64,000 nt of DNA from Paragordius varius (Eukaryota > Animalia > Nematomorpha): NCBI GenBank assembly GCA_964247055.1, contig OZ176053.1:9548001-9612000 (forward strand), given 5' to 3'. Every line of letters starts with the position of its first letter. Positions within the stretch are counted from its first letter, which is position 1. Below, one piece after another: positions 38,224-51,845 of the stretch. Below the pieces are notes generated by a model, which searched no databases, was not told the DNA's origin, and saw nothing but the letters and a program-made list of their open reading frames with translations. The position numbers and the translations under genes were made by a program.

Positions 38224-39119
38224 CCACGGGTTCAAACCGGAACCGTGACTTCATGCAAGGAGAATGTTTTTTCGCAACCAATTTTGTTAATTTAAAAATT
38301 TGTTGCTAAATTTTTTAATACTTTCATCATATGATAATGCTTTTTTTCGTTTCCGTTTGAAATGGATATACCATGTTAATTCTGAATATCTACCTTTAAA
38401 GTATGAGATATCCATAGATATCATTTACGTAGATTATAGATTAAGAACACCTACATTATTAATTAAAATAATCTGGTAAAAAACCATAAAGTATATGTTG
38501 GAATCTCATAGCTAAATAAAGGGAAAATAAGATAAATTTATCCAGGTTAATCATCTTATATTTTTTAATTCCAAAAATTTAAAAATAATTTTACAATCCT
38601 TAAAATTTAACATATCCAAAAACTATAGCATCCATAATCATACCCATAACTAAAGAAATGAGTTATGCTATATATGAGTGGTATAAACCAAGGCCCATTG
38701 ATAGATCGGTCCTTAAATCGATTTTTTCTGGCTATCGATTTTCCAAAAAATATTAAAATTTTAACATAAAAGGTTACATATAGCGGCTCATACATAGCAT
38801 AATTTTAGATATATATATATATATATATATAAACAGGGATCTCGCCATTTTATATGATGAGATACTCAGTTAAACATATTTATATATGTTTTAGGTATAT
38901 TGTATGATATGAAAATCATTCAATGAAAAGTCAGGAACCAAAATAGGACTGGTTTCAAGTGTAAACAACCTATTCCGGTTATTTTAGGAATCAATCCAGC
39001 AATTCCACTTGAGGAACCGCTCCGGTTCCCGTTCCAAAATTTTAGGAACTTCCGTTTTAATCTCTAACTTCTTGGGAAGGCCGGCGGTTATGCATTTTTT
39101 GAACTGGTTTGAAGCCCTG
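38224..39119. mobile_element. Possible non-autonomous TIR element
   Basis: Imperfect inverted ends CACGGGTTCAAACCGG and ACTGGTTTGAAGCCCTG. GAACCG-rich subterminal motifs also occur at ~6170 and ~6690. Confidence 0.4.
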
Positions 39120-41167
39120 AATATTTAAAGCTGCATTATGTCATTTGAAATGCAAAATAGGTTATGGTGCGGAAAACGATGTTAGTATAGACATATTTCC
39201 TATTTTAATATTGAGTGTATAGTCTTCTTTTCAGAAAATCTTTTATTGATTAGTTTAGGATATCTAGAAATTATTAATTTAATTATCTCGGGTGTCTAGA
39301 ATAAAGATTTGAATATGAAACCCTGCGATAAATATCGTTTATAATTTCTATTAACTAAGATGTACATTGAAAAACCTCGATTAAATTGAAATTTTTTAAT
39401 GGAAACTATTGGCAAAGGTTAACTTATATAAAATCAGTAAAAACCATTTTGCGCTTTGGCCTTAATATTATGAAAATTTCTTTTAAAAGTTTAATTAGTC
39501 AACTTTGTTGGTGTTTGACTGTTACATACGGCTTAGCTGTATTTGCTCCATCGAATATCTTATGCTTTATAAAAAAAATTTTTGCATTATTTAACCGTCG
39601 AAGCTTAAATGTTTGGGCCGTCATAAACATTAAAGTAAAGCAAGTGATAAACAAAATTTTTTTTGAATCAGGATTACAGTGTGATTGATGCATATATATT
39701 TTATAAAATTAATGTGACCATATAATTCCGAATAATTAGCATTATACTAACGTATTTATAGATACACAAATTTATGCCTGTGCAATTCGTAATAGTTTTA
39801 TTTTAGCCATAGACAAATAAGAGTTTTTCGTTCATTTATTAATTAGTTTCGTATTACTGTATATATATAGTGTGAGTTTTAGAACCAACAGTTCCTGTAA
39901 TTTTTCAGTTGGCTGTTTCTAGACACCTTCTCAAATGAAATGTGATTTGTACTTTTTGTCTAGAAAATTTACTTTTTTATACCAGAGCGTAGTAATAATT
40001 ATTTATTTTACAACCATGCGGTGACAAACAGCAGTATTTTAATTTTATACCATGTAAAAATTGTCCAAAATAAAAGAGAATTTTTTCTGGTTTCTAGCAA
40101 TTTTTTTTCCTAATTACGTAAGGAAGCTAAAAATATCACAGAGGTATATGTATAATAAAAAGTACTTTATTACCAAACATATGTCAGTATATTTCAAACC
40201 AAATCAATAATTCAAAAAGATTTCGCAACATTTGTTTTATCTAAAATACTGGAAGTCATTTAATTTTTTGAACACCAAAATGGCAAGATGAGATTAAAAT
40301 ATTTTAATGAAAATTATCATATATTATGATGTTTGAAAAATGATTTGACCTGCAGACAAAAATGACAAAATATAAAACATAAACAGTATTTTAAATTTTA
40401 CGATAAACAATTTAAATTTAAAAAATTTAATTTTTATTCTTTTGCAAATTATTGTACTTTTTTACACGAAAAATTTTATGTTACAGAGGCGCCTAGAAAT
40501 AAGTACGACATAACAAACGGTTTTATGGTAGGAAAGTGTATGATAATAGTTGAATTTTTTTATATTTCTTAGACAGTTGTTTTTATTATTCTAATTTATA
40601 GACTTCATAATCTTAAAATTATGCTAAGTACCCTAAAACGATGTTTTGTGTTTTCGAAGTAATGTAAATTTAGGCAAGAAAGGGGTATAAATAGATTTTG
40701 TCCTTGATTTAAATGTCGCTGCTACACAAAAAAAGTCATTTTGTTTGACAATAATAGTAAAAGTTTTAGGTATTGCTAAATAAATGGTGAATTAGCAAAA
40801 TAAATGATATATAAAATATCTTCAAACCAATCTGAAGATAACGGTAACGCTATATAGTAGAATTTTGAAAACAAAAGTAAATTTTTTTAAACATAAACAT
40901 GTAAATATATGTCTCCTCTTTCACTATCTCTCTATTTCTGTGTGCTTGCTGCCTATGAATAAGCAAAAAATATGAATAATTACTAGGTAGTAAAATGTAC
41001 ACACCTATTTTTTTATTATTAACATATTATTAGAATTCACTTTTTAAAATATTTTTTCAATATTATGTGTGTGCGTTTGAATCCAATGTTTGAATAGTCC
41101 ATATTATCTTATTTCCATATCCTTCAAAATAAAATATTTCCTGATAAAATATATTTCTGACACATAT

Positions 41168-43525
41168 ATGATTGATTTTCGCTGTCTTAGATTAGCGAAT
41201 CAGGCTGCGCATGTCAAAAAATTGAATCAAAAACATCAAGTACACGTTTCTGTGCCCGCATGTAAAAGTTACAAAAATTGTCGGAAATTGTTAAAAGATA
41301 ATTTGGCATTCGCACAATTGTCAAACATCGATCGACATACCTTTGGTGGTTGGATTAAATCAAATGCGTTTCACCAAGATATCACAGTTCAATTAAATAA
41401 CAATCATTTAGAAGAACCAGGTATTAATGTGGTTCCAAAGGCAGATGGGCCAACACCACCCGAATCATTAATTGAAACAAAGGACAAATCAATTGTTATT
41501 TGCCCGTTCAAAAAACCATCTATTAACGTTTTAAATAAAACATTTGAAGATATTCCAGGCCCTAACATACGAGGACTAGGAGATTCATCTTTTTTCAGAT
41601 ACAAACCTTTTGGTAATTATTTTATACTCTTCTTGCTATTCGGTCCATTTCAACCGTTTTTATGTATTTAAAGTGAAGAGTGTGCAGGTTTAAATATAAA
41701 ATGGTCTCTGATAATTTGTCGCGGAGCCCGGATCGTATAAGTTGATATGTGTCATGCATACAGTGGACCCTCTATACAGCAACTTAATTAGCTCAAGCGC
41801 ACTTCGAATTTTAAATAAGGCCTTATAAGTTATCGTTTAGAGATTTACTTATTTGTGATTTTTATAAAACCATAGTAATAAGCCAAAAATAATTAAATAA
41901 TATATATTTTTTCATTTTTCAATATTATATTATTTTATGAAATTTTTTAAAGAAGGGATATAGATGTTAACTATGTATTTTTTCCTACAATCGGGTCATT
42001 ATGGGGAAGTGGGGGTCCACTGTATAAATAAAACATTTGATTAAGTTAGTTTAAATACTAAAATTTTACATTACGGTTCTTGCATATAATTTACTATATA
42101 ATTTTGTCCAAGATTGTTTATAATTTTAAAAATTTTGCAACAATTACATCGGTACATATGTGTGTTATTTCTGTTTATAAACGTAACTAAAACTAGGTCA
42201 ATGCACCTATTAAAAAAACAGTATTATCTTCAATTACCTATTTTTGCATTGTAATTATTTTGTTACATACCTTTCAAGGACATTTCTTCATTTAAAAAAG
42301 TAGCGTGAATTTAATTAGGTTTGATTTAGGATGCAAACAAGGAATTGTTTTATCATAAAATATAAAGTGATAACCTTTATACATTAACACAAAATTCAGC
42401 TGAAACAAAACAAAACAAAAAATGGTATAATATGGACGTTTTTTCAAACAAAATTACATTAAATTATTTTTCATAACTCTAACATAAAGAATAGTGAACT
42501 AAAGGTGGATGGTGAAAAATTGAATCACATTAAATTTATTGATCGAATATAAAATTTATTTATTTGTTTTAAGTAAATTTACTTAATTATTTTTTTAAAG
42601 CAAAGTACAGTATAATAGGATAAAGAATATACTGGTTTCGGAACTCAAAGGGGAGTTCTCTTCTCGGTAAAAACTTTAAAAATTTCTAATAATGAAATGT
42701 ATGTGTATGTTTTTCTCATGTACCACCTGTTTAAAGCACGCTGTTCATTGGTGTTTGAAATTTACTCATCCTCTTGATTAAAAGTATAGGTTTAAACTTT
42801 AGATTCATATCCTTGTGATTGTTAATGACATGCAATCTATATCCTGAATGACCATAATTAAAGCGTGTTCAGAAATAGAACTATTTTCTATGTTAGGGTT
42901 TTTCAGACAATCTTGGTGTTCTTTTCATCATATAATAATTTTCCTTTATGTTAGAACAATATATCATTTCTTACATTCACAATAAACCTTAAAAAATTAA
43001 CGTATTTACCGTTTCCATGCCACAAAATAATATGAAGTACGTTCCAACAAAATTTTGTTAAAAATTAATTTTTTGTAAAAGGTATGCATTTTTAAAAAAT
43101 ATTTTTAGTTGATATCCAAAAATTAGTATATGTTTAAAATTTTTATCACTCGACATTTTCGCGTTTATTAAGAAAACTAGCCCATTTTAGAAGACCGTAA
43201 AAATTTGAGACTTTGGGAGTCCACATCTAAAAATTAAAACTTAAAAAAAAATTATTTTGCCTTTCATCTGTAGTTTAGTAAATATATCAATGTTAGTGTT
43301 TAAAGCAGAGGTGTCCATCACGCTGCCCTCCAAAGCTTTTTGTACTGCCCATGTAAAATTTGAGAATTCATAATTTGCAAAAATATCACAAAATCTTAGC
43401 AAAATTGATATTCCTTAAAAAATTTCAAATAAGTCTCTCCCATTGGCAAGAACTGAAAAAATTGCAATATTGCGTTGGCATATTGCAGTTTTTTGTTTGA
43501 AATCTAATAAATTATTTATGAATGC

Positions 43526-43575
<50 letters not shown>

Positions 43576-46500
43576 GTATATATCGAATGCGGCCCCCGGA
43601 GCCATTTGTATGGAACACACCTGGTATGAAGAGTGAGACTTTATTATAACCATTGAAATAAAAGTTAATGATGTTTTTATAAATACAGTATGCATATTAA
43701 TGATGGTCGATTCACATTATTGTTGGGCAATTGGTAATACAGTAGTGTATGATAAACAAATTCTGTCCATAATTAAATATATTTAAGATGTGAAGAATTG
43801 CAAGTCCAACCATTTGTACAACGCTACTATATTACCAATTGTCCGAAAATACTGTGAATTGACCAAAATTAACGTGCATACTGTAAATTGTTCATGTTTT
43901 TACATTTATATAAAAAATATATAAACTGTCATTCAGCAATATTTTTAAATCTATTAATTTGCCTTTTTGCCCATCGAAAACTAGCGCTCCCAAGCTTAAA
44001 TATGGCGGCATGTGATTCTCATAACCACAAAAACTATGTAAAATTCAGTAAAAAAAAATTACATATATTGGTGAAGCACTATCTCATCATTGCTATTTAA
44101 TAGCTATGTTATAGTAATTAACAATGATGCTTTTGTATATCTTAGGTCTTTTAAGACTATTGCAATTATAATAATATGAATCTTCAATAAAAAAGGGTGG
44201 AACGTGAATAAAAAATGTAATATAAGTAATAAAGGAATTGGGACAAAAATTGATCTTCAACCACTAAACTAACATGACATATATGGATTGATCTTTAAAA
44301 TTTTCAATTAATTAGTAGTATTATTGAAAAATATATTCTTTCCAAATTATGAAACCCCAAATTTTTGGCAAGCCTCACAAAAACTCTCGGAGGGGTCGCG
44401 TGTAAGCAACCCCTGTTTTGAAAAATGTCATAGTTAACAATGTCTTTTCTATGATGACCTTTTAAGGTTTTGTAAATGCTGTCAAGAATAAATTTATCAA
44501 AATATTGCTAAAGGTTGATTTCGACTGCAAAACAATCCATCTAATAAAGATCTATATAAAAATCATATATTTAATTTAATACAAATATTAATTAGGTAGA
44601 TGGGATTACAACAAACTACATCATGCAAATTTAGAGAAATTTCAAAAGTACGGTCCGATTGTGCGCGAAAAACAAAGCATATACGGTATCAATAGTCTTT
44701 TATTATTCGATCCCAGGGATGTCGAAAAGGTATTCCGTAAGGAAGGCGCATGTCCATACAGGCCCTCTTTCCCAGCATTAGTTAATCATCGAATCAAGCA
44801 TAATTACAGTTTGGGTCTTGGACAATTGTATGTCTTAAATATACTGACATTTACATTTCATTGATAATTTTGTTTTAAAATAGAGAAAGTAATTACTTAG
44901 TATAAAATTTTATACATCATGGTTACTTTCAATTTAACAGTCTCCTATATATGACGACAGTTAAAAACACCATTTTATCATGCGTAAATATTAGGTGTCA
45001 CATATATGGTCAAGCTATATTCCAGAAAAATATAGTTTCTTAAAATTTGAGATATTTGGTTTGCGCATTATGTGCCAAAAGAATTAAAAGAGAAACCATA
45101 AATGTAAATTATTAATTTTAAAATCAGGTAAATACCAAATTTTTGTTTTGGTAAATATACAGCTTAGAATTTATGGCCTTAAAACAAATATTTTAAAAAA
45201 ATATACAATATTTGGTTTACATGATTTATTTCGAAATTTCATTACTTTTTTCAATAGTGTATATACATTTTTCTACAAGCTAGACAAGGGACGGAATGGC
45301 GAGAATTGCGAAGAACTGTACAAAAGCGCATGATGAATTTAGAATCGGCTTTGCCTTATCTCAATATCCAATCAAATACTGCAGATGATCTAGTCAAACT
45401 CATACGTCATAAACGATCAAGGATTACTATGCACATAGATGATTTTATAACTGATTTGCAAAAATGGTCATTAGAATGTAATTTCATTATTCTATAAAAT
45501 TATTTCGTAATATTTTTTGTTATTGGTTTTCATAACATTCTAGCTATAGTAGCTGCGTTATTGGGCAGCCGGTTGGGATGTTTAAATACTAACAATGCAG
45601 GAAATATGGAAATCGAACAATTGATTGATGATACTTGTCGAATTTTCGAAGCCCAATACGATTTGATGAATGGGATCCCATGGTGGAAGTATTTCCCAAC
45701 CAAATCTTATCATCAATTTGTGCAAAGTCATGAGAGAATTTTCAAGTATGCCATACTTTCTTTATCTTTTAAATTAATGTTTAACACAATTTTTCTGTAT
45801 TTAAAATTTAGAATTTGTAAAAAATACACAATGGAAGTTTTGGATAGACCCCAAAATAATACAAATTGTAGTCACAATATAAATTCTATTCATGAAGTCA
45901 ATTCAAATAATAGCAAATCTAGTTCAATCAATTTTATAAGCTACCTTGCTAAGGAAAAATCGTTAAAAATAAATGATCTTCTTACCACCGTGATTGAGCT
46001 AATGATATCAGGAATACAAACGGTATGTTTCTGTGAATATAAATAGCTGCCATATATGTATATGACCTATCAATACAAATCATTAATTTTACTAGATTAA
46101 TATTACAAAAATGTATAACAGTAATCGTATCGCTTAATATTTAACTTAGGTTTTACACTAATGCTTTAATAGACATTTTTTCAATTTTATTCCTCTTTTA
46201 CTCCGGACGTCATGCAATCTATTTTTTTTACCTTGGTATCTTATTTCTATACCATTTATACCAGTTGCCATAATTAACTTTAAACTGCACCTTGTAGATT
46301 TATTTCCAATTTTAATTTTCCTCTTATTCCACTCACTTATTCCAATATTAATTATTTTCGCTTATTACGCAATAATCACCAGATGCTTCCTTATTTTATT
46401 TTCCATCTTCGAATCTATGATGTAAAAACCTATATTTACTATGAATTTTTTTCCTATTTAGGTGAAGTAGCAATACACCTTCAGCAATAATATAAAGCAA

Positions 46501-49138
46501 TAAAAGCGGAGGATTTTATAAATCCTATTCCCATACATAAGAAATATCAATTTGGGATTTAAATAGGATATAGGAATATTTGCCTCCCCCAATCCGGCCC
46601 CATCAAAATTTTGAGGAAGTGTATGCCACCATACAGCAAATTACAATACTTCTTTCATCTTACCAACTATTCCACTTTTCCTAGTTTTTTGATTTTTGCG
46701 CCCTATAGCTTATCCAATCTGTTTTGAATGCTTTCGAATTGGAAACCCACCGCGTCCGAAAATTCCCATCAATGAAAGCGAAAGAATGTGCGGTTTCATA
46801 AATATATGTTCCCTTTCAACATGGTATTATTCTATGCCGCAGCTTCTTTAAGGCAGTTGCTCTTGAATTTATTGCATTAAGATCACCTAATTTTAACGAT
46901 TGCTTATCCAGGTTAGATGATTGCTTTCATTCCTTACTGCACATCCCCTATGGGGTTCGATTTCAGTGTCAACAACGTTTGATCACAGATATATTTTATG
47001 CTACTTCTTAATTCTAACAATATGAACACGTTAGCCTATTGTTTTTGACTATCATTTTTACTGTTTAAGCCTTGGGAATTACACCTCTAGCGCCTCTCGG
47101 ATCATTTTTCCATATTAATATCGAAAGTTTGCAGAGTTATAAATATTGAGTTTACCTTGTGAAGTCAAAAGTTTACCAGTTTTTTGAGTAAAAAACACAT
47201 TTTTTTAAGGCAATCAATTATTTATTTTATTAAAAATATTATCCATCAGCTTCTACACATTTCAACCACCTCTCAGCTACTATATGAATGAATGCCATGC
47301 CAGAAAATCTGTTTGTCTTTTGCGGCAGAGCATTCATCAGGCAATTTTAACGTCTTCGATATTATTGAAGGGCTGCTCTACGAGCGTGTGCCCCCATTGA
47401 TGAGAAAAAGAAATATTATTGCTTGTAGATGTTTACTGATTGTTATTTGTGATAAGATAGCTTCTGTCATCCAATAAGTCTTGCGCTTTATAGTCTTTGC
47501 AATTGTGTGATCTATCATAATACTCATTCTCTTTCACATTCAAATCACAACATTTAATTGTCGAAACCATGTTTCACGTTTTTGAATCGATGGACCATGT
47601 TCACCATATGTTTCTATTAGCCCAAGAGTGACTCTTAGCAGCTTTTTTTAAAATAAGAAATACAACGCGGTCACAAATGTTTGAGGCAAAATCCGACATG
47701 AGTGAAAGATAAAATAAGCCGCTAGATTTCGGAGGCAGGTGTGCGTTTATTGTTTAATGTCTGATAAGTAAAATGGCGTCTATACTAAATTAATCGGCTG
47801 CGTATTTTCCAATAACGCTTCTCTTAATCAAACTGATGATATGACACATAATATAATGCTTCAGCTCTTTTTATTTATGCAACCTCTTGGGCCTTGAAGA
47901 GGTTTACTTGAGTGACAAATATTTTAGTTGCTTCTATTTGTGTTGGCCATTCGCACTCATCAGACGATTTGGGTTAAAAATTTCGAATATTTTTGTTACC
48001 ATATGGGAATAAGCGAAAGGTGTTTATTAACTTAAATTTAAGATTAAGACCTTTAAGGCATTAGATATATTTTATAAAAACTTTCGCCTAGGTAGAGATA
48101 TTGCATCTATTAAATTGGTCGGTATTTAATATTTCCAAATAATCTTTGCTTGTTTCATATAATTTATTAGTTATAGAAACGTAATTTGCTTCAGACTTCA
48201 TATATTAATGTAAAAAAATATACTCATCCGCATAATATGATATAAAAAAATTAGAATAGGGTATTTTTAATTATATGATAATTCTTTAAGAGAAATCGAT
48301 CCTTTTTAAATATTTGAAAAATACATTTAAATATGCAGACGGCATCAGGAATGGCATTTTGTCTCTACCATTTAGCTCGCAATCCTAATATTCAAAATAA
48401 ATTGCGCCAAAAAATTGAAAAATCAGTTGGCGAAAAGGGGCATATTGATGGTAATATCATAAGAGATCTCACCTATTTAAGAGCAATCATTTGGGAATCA
48501 TCCAGGTATTGTTAAATGATCTTTGCATATTATAAGCGATAAAAACTTTTTTATATATTAATTTTTAATCATGAAGGTTAACTCCTGTTGCATTTGGAAC
48601 AGTTCGCATGTTGAGCCAACCCATCGAACTTTCGGGCTATCAAATACCTGCTGGAGTTATTATTCCTTTGTTAACTTTATATCTATTATTACTTGTTTTT
48701 ATTTATCTATCTTTTCATGATAAATATTTTTTTAAAAAAAGGTACCCTTATTGATACAAAACATGGTTATGTCACGGCTACCAAATTACTTTAAGAATCA
48801 TGACGAATTTATTCCAGAACGTTGGCTAAAGCATGGATCACAAAAGGAATTCCATCCATATTGCGTTTTACCGTATGGTCATGGTCCACGTATGTGCATA
48901 GGACGTCGTTTCGCTGAACAAGAATTGAATTTGGGTTTAATAAAAGTAATAACATATCATAATAAATTTGCCACATCTTGAATTAATACATATAAATAAA
49001 AATGATAAAATTAATATATATATTACATAGATTATACGAAATTTTAATATTGAATACCACGGAGATCCTATTGATAGTTACACCGAATTGATAGTAAAAC
49101 CAGATAAACCATTGAACATCACATTCAAAGATATTTGA
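41168..49138 (+). CDS. Mitochondrial-clan cytochrome P450 (CYP44/CYP49/CYP302-like), ~613 aa. Exons 41168-41612, 44596-44827, 45284-45477, 45544-45745, 45812-46022, 48339-48505, 48577-48655, 48742-48945, 49031-49138
   Basis: Motifs IPGP, KYGPIVRE, GTEWRELR (WxxxR), KWSLES, SGIQTTA (I helix), WESSR (ExxR), FIPERW and the heme motif PYGHGPRMCIG. All nine exons are phase-consistent with GT-AG ends (1842 nt total). The subfamily call is from memory only. Confidence 0.95.
41761..42022. mobile_element. Tc1/mariner-type MITE with TA target duplication, in CYP intron 1
   Basis: TA|CAGTGGACCC ... GGGTCCACTG|TA. Confidence 0.8.
43306..43623. mobile_element. hAT/Buster-type MITE containing a (TA)n tract (43529-43569)
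   Basis: Termini CAGAGGTGTCCA ... TGGAACACACCTG, flanked by GTTTAAAG and GTATGAAG. Confidence 0.7.
47150..47830 (-). mobile_element. Internally deleted mariner relic in CYP intron 5
   Basis: Minus-strand fragments LIETYGEHGPS...ETWFRQ (N-terminal HTH region) and FNNIEDVKIA...IFWHGIH...RWLKCVEADG*YF (mariner C-terminus). Confidence 0.75.
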
Positions 49139-50303
49139 GCAACGAAAACGTGAATTACGTCAAATATATGGTTGCTAATTTTATGCGTGTTGAGACACTG
49201 CGGGTGAAAGAGGGCTTTGTCAGTAAAGGGTACCCAAAATATGTGGATACCGAATTTTAAATATTTTCAAATATTATTTGGAATGTGTGCTTTTATAACT
49301 GCAGTTTTTTAAAAAATACCCCATGCAAGTTAACTTGATAAAAAGGGGTAAAGTTTTGTTCCAATAATTAGGTACACATGGTTTGTATAATGAATGATTA
49401 TTTTTACATTAAATATGTACAAAAGCCAATGCACAAGCAAATAGCAAATTTTTAAAATTATTATGTCCAGAGCTACTAATGCTTCATGATAATAATTTTA
49501 AAAACTTATATTATTTATATGTTATGAATATTAAAATTTTTAAATACCTGTTATTTTTATCATTATAGTTATCTATTTGTTTCATTTATGATTTTTTTAA
49601 AATACTATATGAAATTGGATCGTAGCTATTTGCAGTATTAAATAATTTATTACACACTCAAAGCAGTATTATTAAAATGCATTCACTTTTTTATTAGGGT
49701 TTCTCATCGTCATATGTATTTATTTTATTTATATTTGTCCCAATAAATTAAAACTATAGCTTACATATTTTGTTATTAAAAAAACGCCAAAAATTTATGC
49801 GCCAAAAAACCTTGCGATGAACTCATGTGGTTAATATATAGAGGACTGATTTGCTTTGTATAAAGGCAAAAAAAATTTCAGGATACGGTAAGGGTAAAAA
49901 CACACTTAGCCTTTTATAAAAACATTTTGTTACTTCGATGCCGAATTATCATCTCATTTTAATATGCATTCGCACTCTATAAAAAAATAATTGATGCAGA
50001 TCTGGCCATAAATTTTCACGTAATCCGGGCTGTTTAGAGAGATAATGAGTACTCTGTTTTTATTGTAAAATTAGAAGCAAGTGTTTGCAAAAACGTTAAG
50101 ATTTTAATAATTTTGAAGTTATTAGAATGTAGTCAAATAAATTTCAAATCTGTTCAGCAGTTGTAGCCATTTTTACCGGCTTTTTGGAATAAACATTAAA
50201 TTTTGAGAGTAAATCAATTATTTATTTTCAAAATCCCATCTCTCAGGTAATAACTAAATGGCGTGGCAGCCGATTGTCTTTTCCAGAAAAACTTTGTGTA
50301 GCT

Positions 50304-50978
50304 CAGGGCTTCTTAAACTTTTGTAATTCCCGACCCCATTTATGATTGCCACTTTCTTAACGACCCCAACAAATATAAAAGAAAAATAAATTAATATTTT
50401 TTGTATATTTATTAGGTAACAATATACATATGCATAAGAAAATATATAAATTTAGAATCCGTTTTGAAACACATAAATATCTAAAATTGAAATTTGCACA
50501 AAATTTTATAGAATTTTTTTACTTTAGTTTCAAAAACAAAAGTGGATTTTGACCGTCTTAATTCTATATATCCAAGTAGTTGTGTGGTAAATATTAAATT
50601 AAAGTTTACGTTAAAAATTTAATGAGATGGATGTGCCTGTTTTTTTTATTGCATAACAAATTAAATATTGATGTAATGTTTAAAACTGCTGGACGTAAGA
50701 CCTTTTCAACATTTTTTATCACTGAACGATATTGGGATTTAATGTGTGTTAAAGCTGAGAAAGTAACTTCACATGATCGGAATAGAAAGGTGGTATAAAC
50801 AGTCTTTCCAAACCAAAAAATTTTATGATATATTTATCTACGATAATTGTTTATTTCGTTATAACTATAATTTTACAAGTTAAAAAACAGTTTTTGTTAA
50901 ATTGTATTTTATCATACGACCCCTAATTTTGCTACGCAACCCCAAATGGAGTCGTGACCCATAATTTAAGAAACCCTG
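50304..50978 (-). mobile_element. Buster-type hAT deletion derivative (675 bp)
   Basis: TIRs CAGGGCTTCTTAAA and TTTAAGAAACCCTG; TSD GTGTAGCT/GTCTAGCT with central TA. An internal minus-strand relic reads CEVTFSALTHIKSQYRSVIKNVEKVLRPAV (Buster C-terminus). Confidence 0.85.
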
Positions 50979-51039
50979 GTCTAGCTATTTTCTTACGTCT
51001 TCTTAGAAACTATTGGAATGCTGCTTCTTTAGGGTGTGT

Positions 51040-51845
51040 CCCATTAATGAGAAGTTGCATTAATCAGATGACGCCAGGCCAATCGATCAGCGATTTCAAG
51101 GTGTCTTTCACTGGTTTTGCTGTCTGAGACGAAGCACTGTCATATAGCAAAATATCTGTCTTTTGCCGATTCCGGTCATTTGATTGGTTGATAATCATTT
51201 TAAGGCAATAGCGCTATGAATTAACGGTTTTATCTGGTTTCAAAAGTTTAATAAACAATGTTGATCATGAGTACCAGACATAGAGCACGATCTTTTTGCC
51301 GAAGCGATTTGGTATTGTTGGAGGAGCTTGGCAAGATAAAAACACGATTTTTTTGCTTTGTTCAAAACAAAGCCCTTTCTGTTCCCGGACGCATTCGATG
51401 TAAAAATAATATTTTTTGAGAAATTGAAGGTGGATTTCACAAGTCACTTTGCGATTGTCAATTTAACGTTTTGTAAAGTTTAAGTTGTGTCATCATCAAT
51501 TAACTCTTTTACAGCGTCACTTGTGTCGTGTACAAGAGCACCCAAACTTCTTCTCAAAATATGACGTTTTAAATTATGAAACCATGCTTCGCATATAATA
51601 TCGATAAAGCATGTTCACCATATGTCTCTTCGGATGATAATTTTCAATAATTTTCTTTTGATGGCAATGCCTGCCGTAAATTTTCTTTTCCTGTGAAAAA
51701 AATAAAACGCTAGTTTCTAGCGAACCAAAATGTGTTTTGTTTAATGTCAGATAACAAAATATAATTTAAATTAATCATCTGCTACTTTTCACTGGCGTCT
51801 TCTCTTAGTAAAACCGGTAAACTACACCTGATATTTTTAACATTA
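51040..51845 (-). mobile_element. Degenerate mariner transposase relic
   Basis: Minus-strand fragments EETYGEHAL, PNRFGKKIVLYVW, ILLYDSASSQTAKPVKDTL and DLASSD match the mariner DD34D domain layout. A TATCAGGTG terminus lies near 51836. Confidence 0.8.

Noticed and set aside
38607-39693. ORFs 38607-38795, 39386-39688 and 39499-39693
   Set aside because: No recognisable motifs. The first lies inside a probable TIR element, and the lengths are expected by chance.
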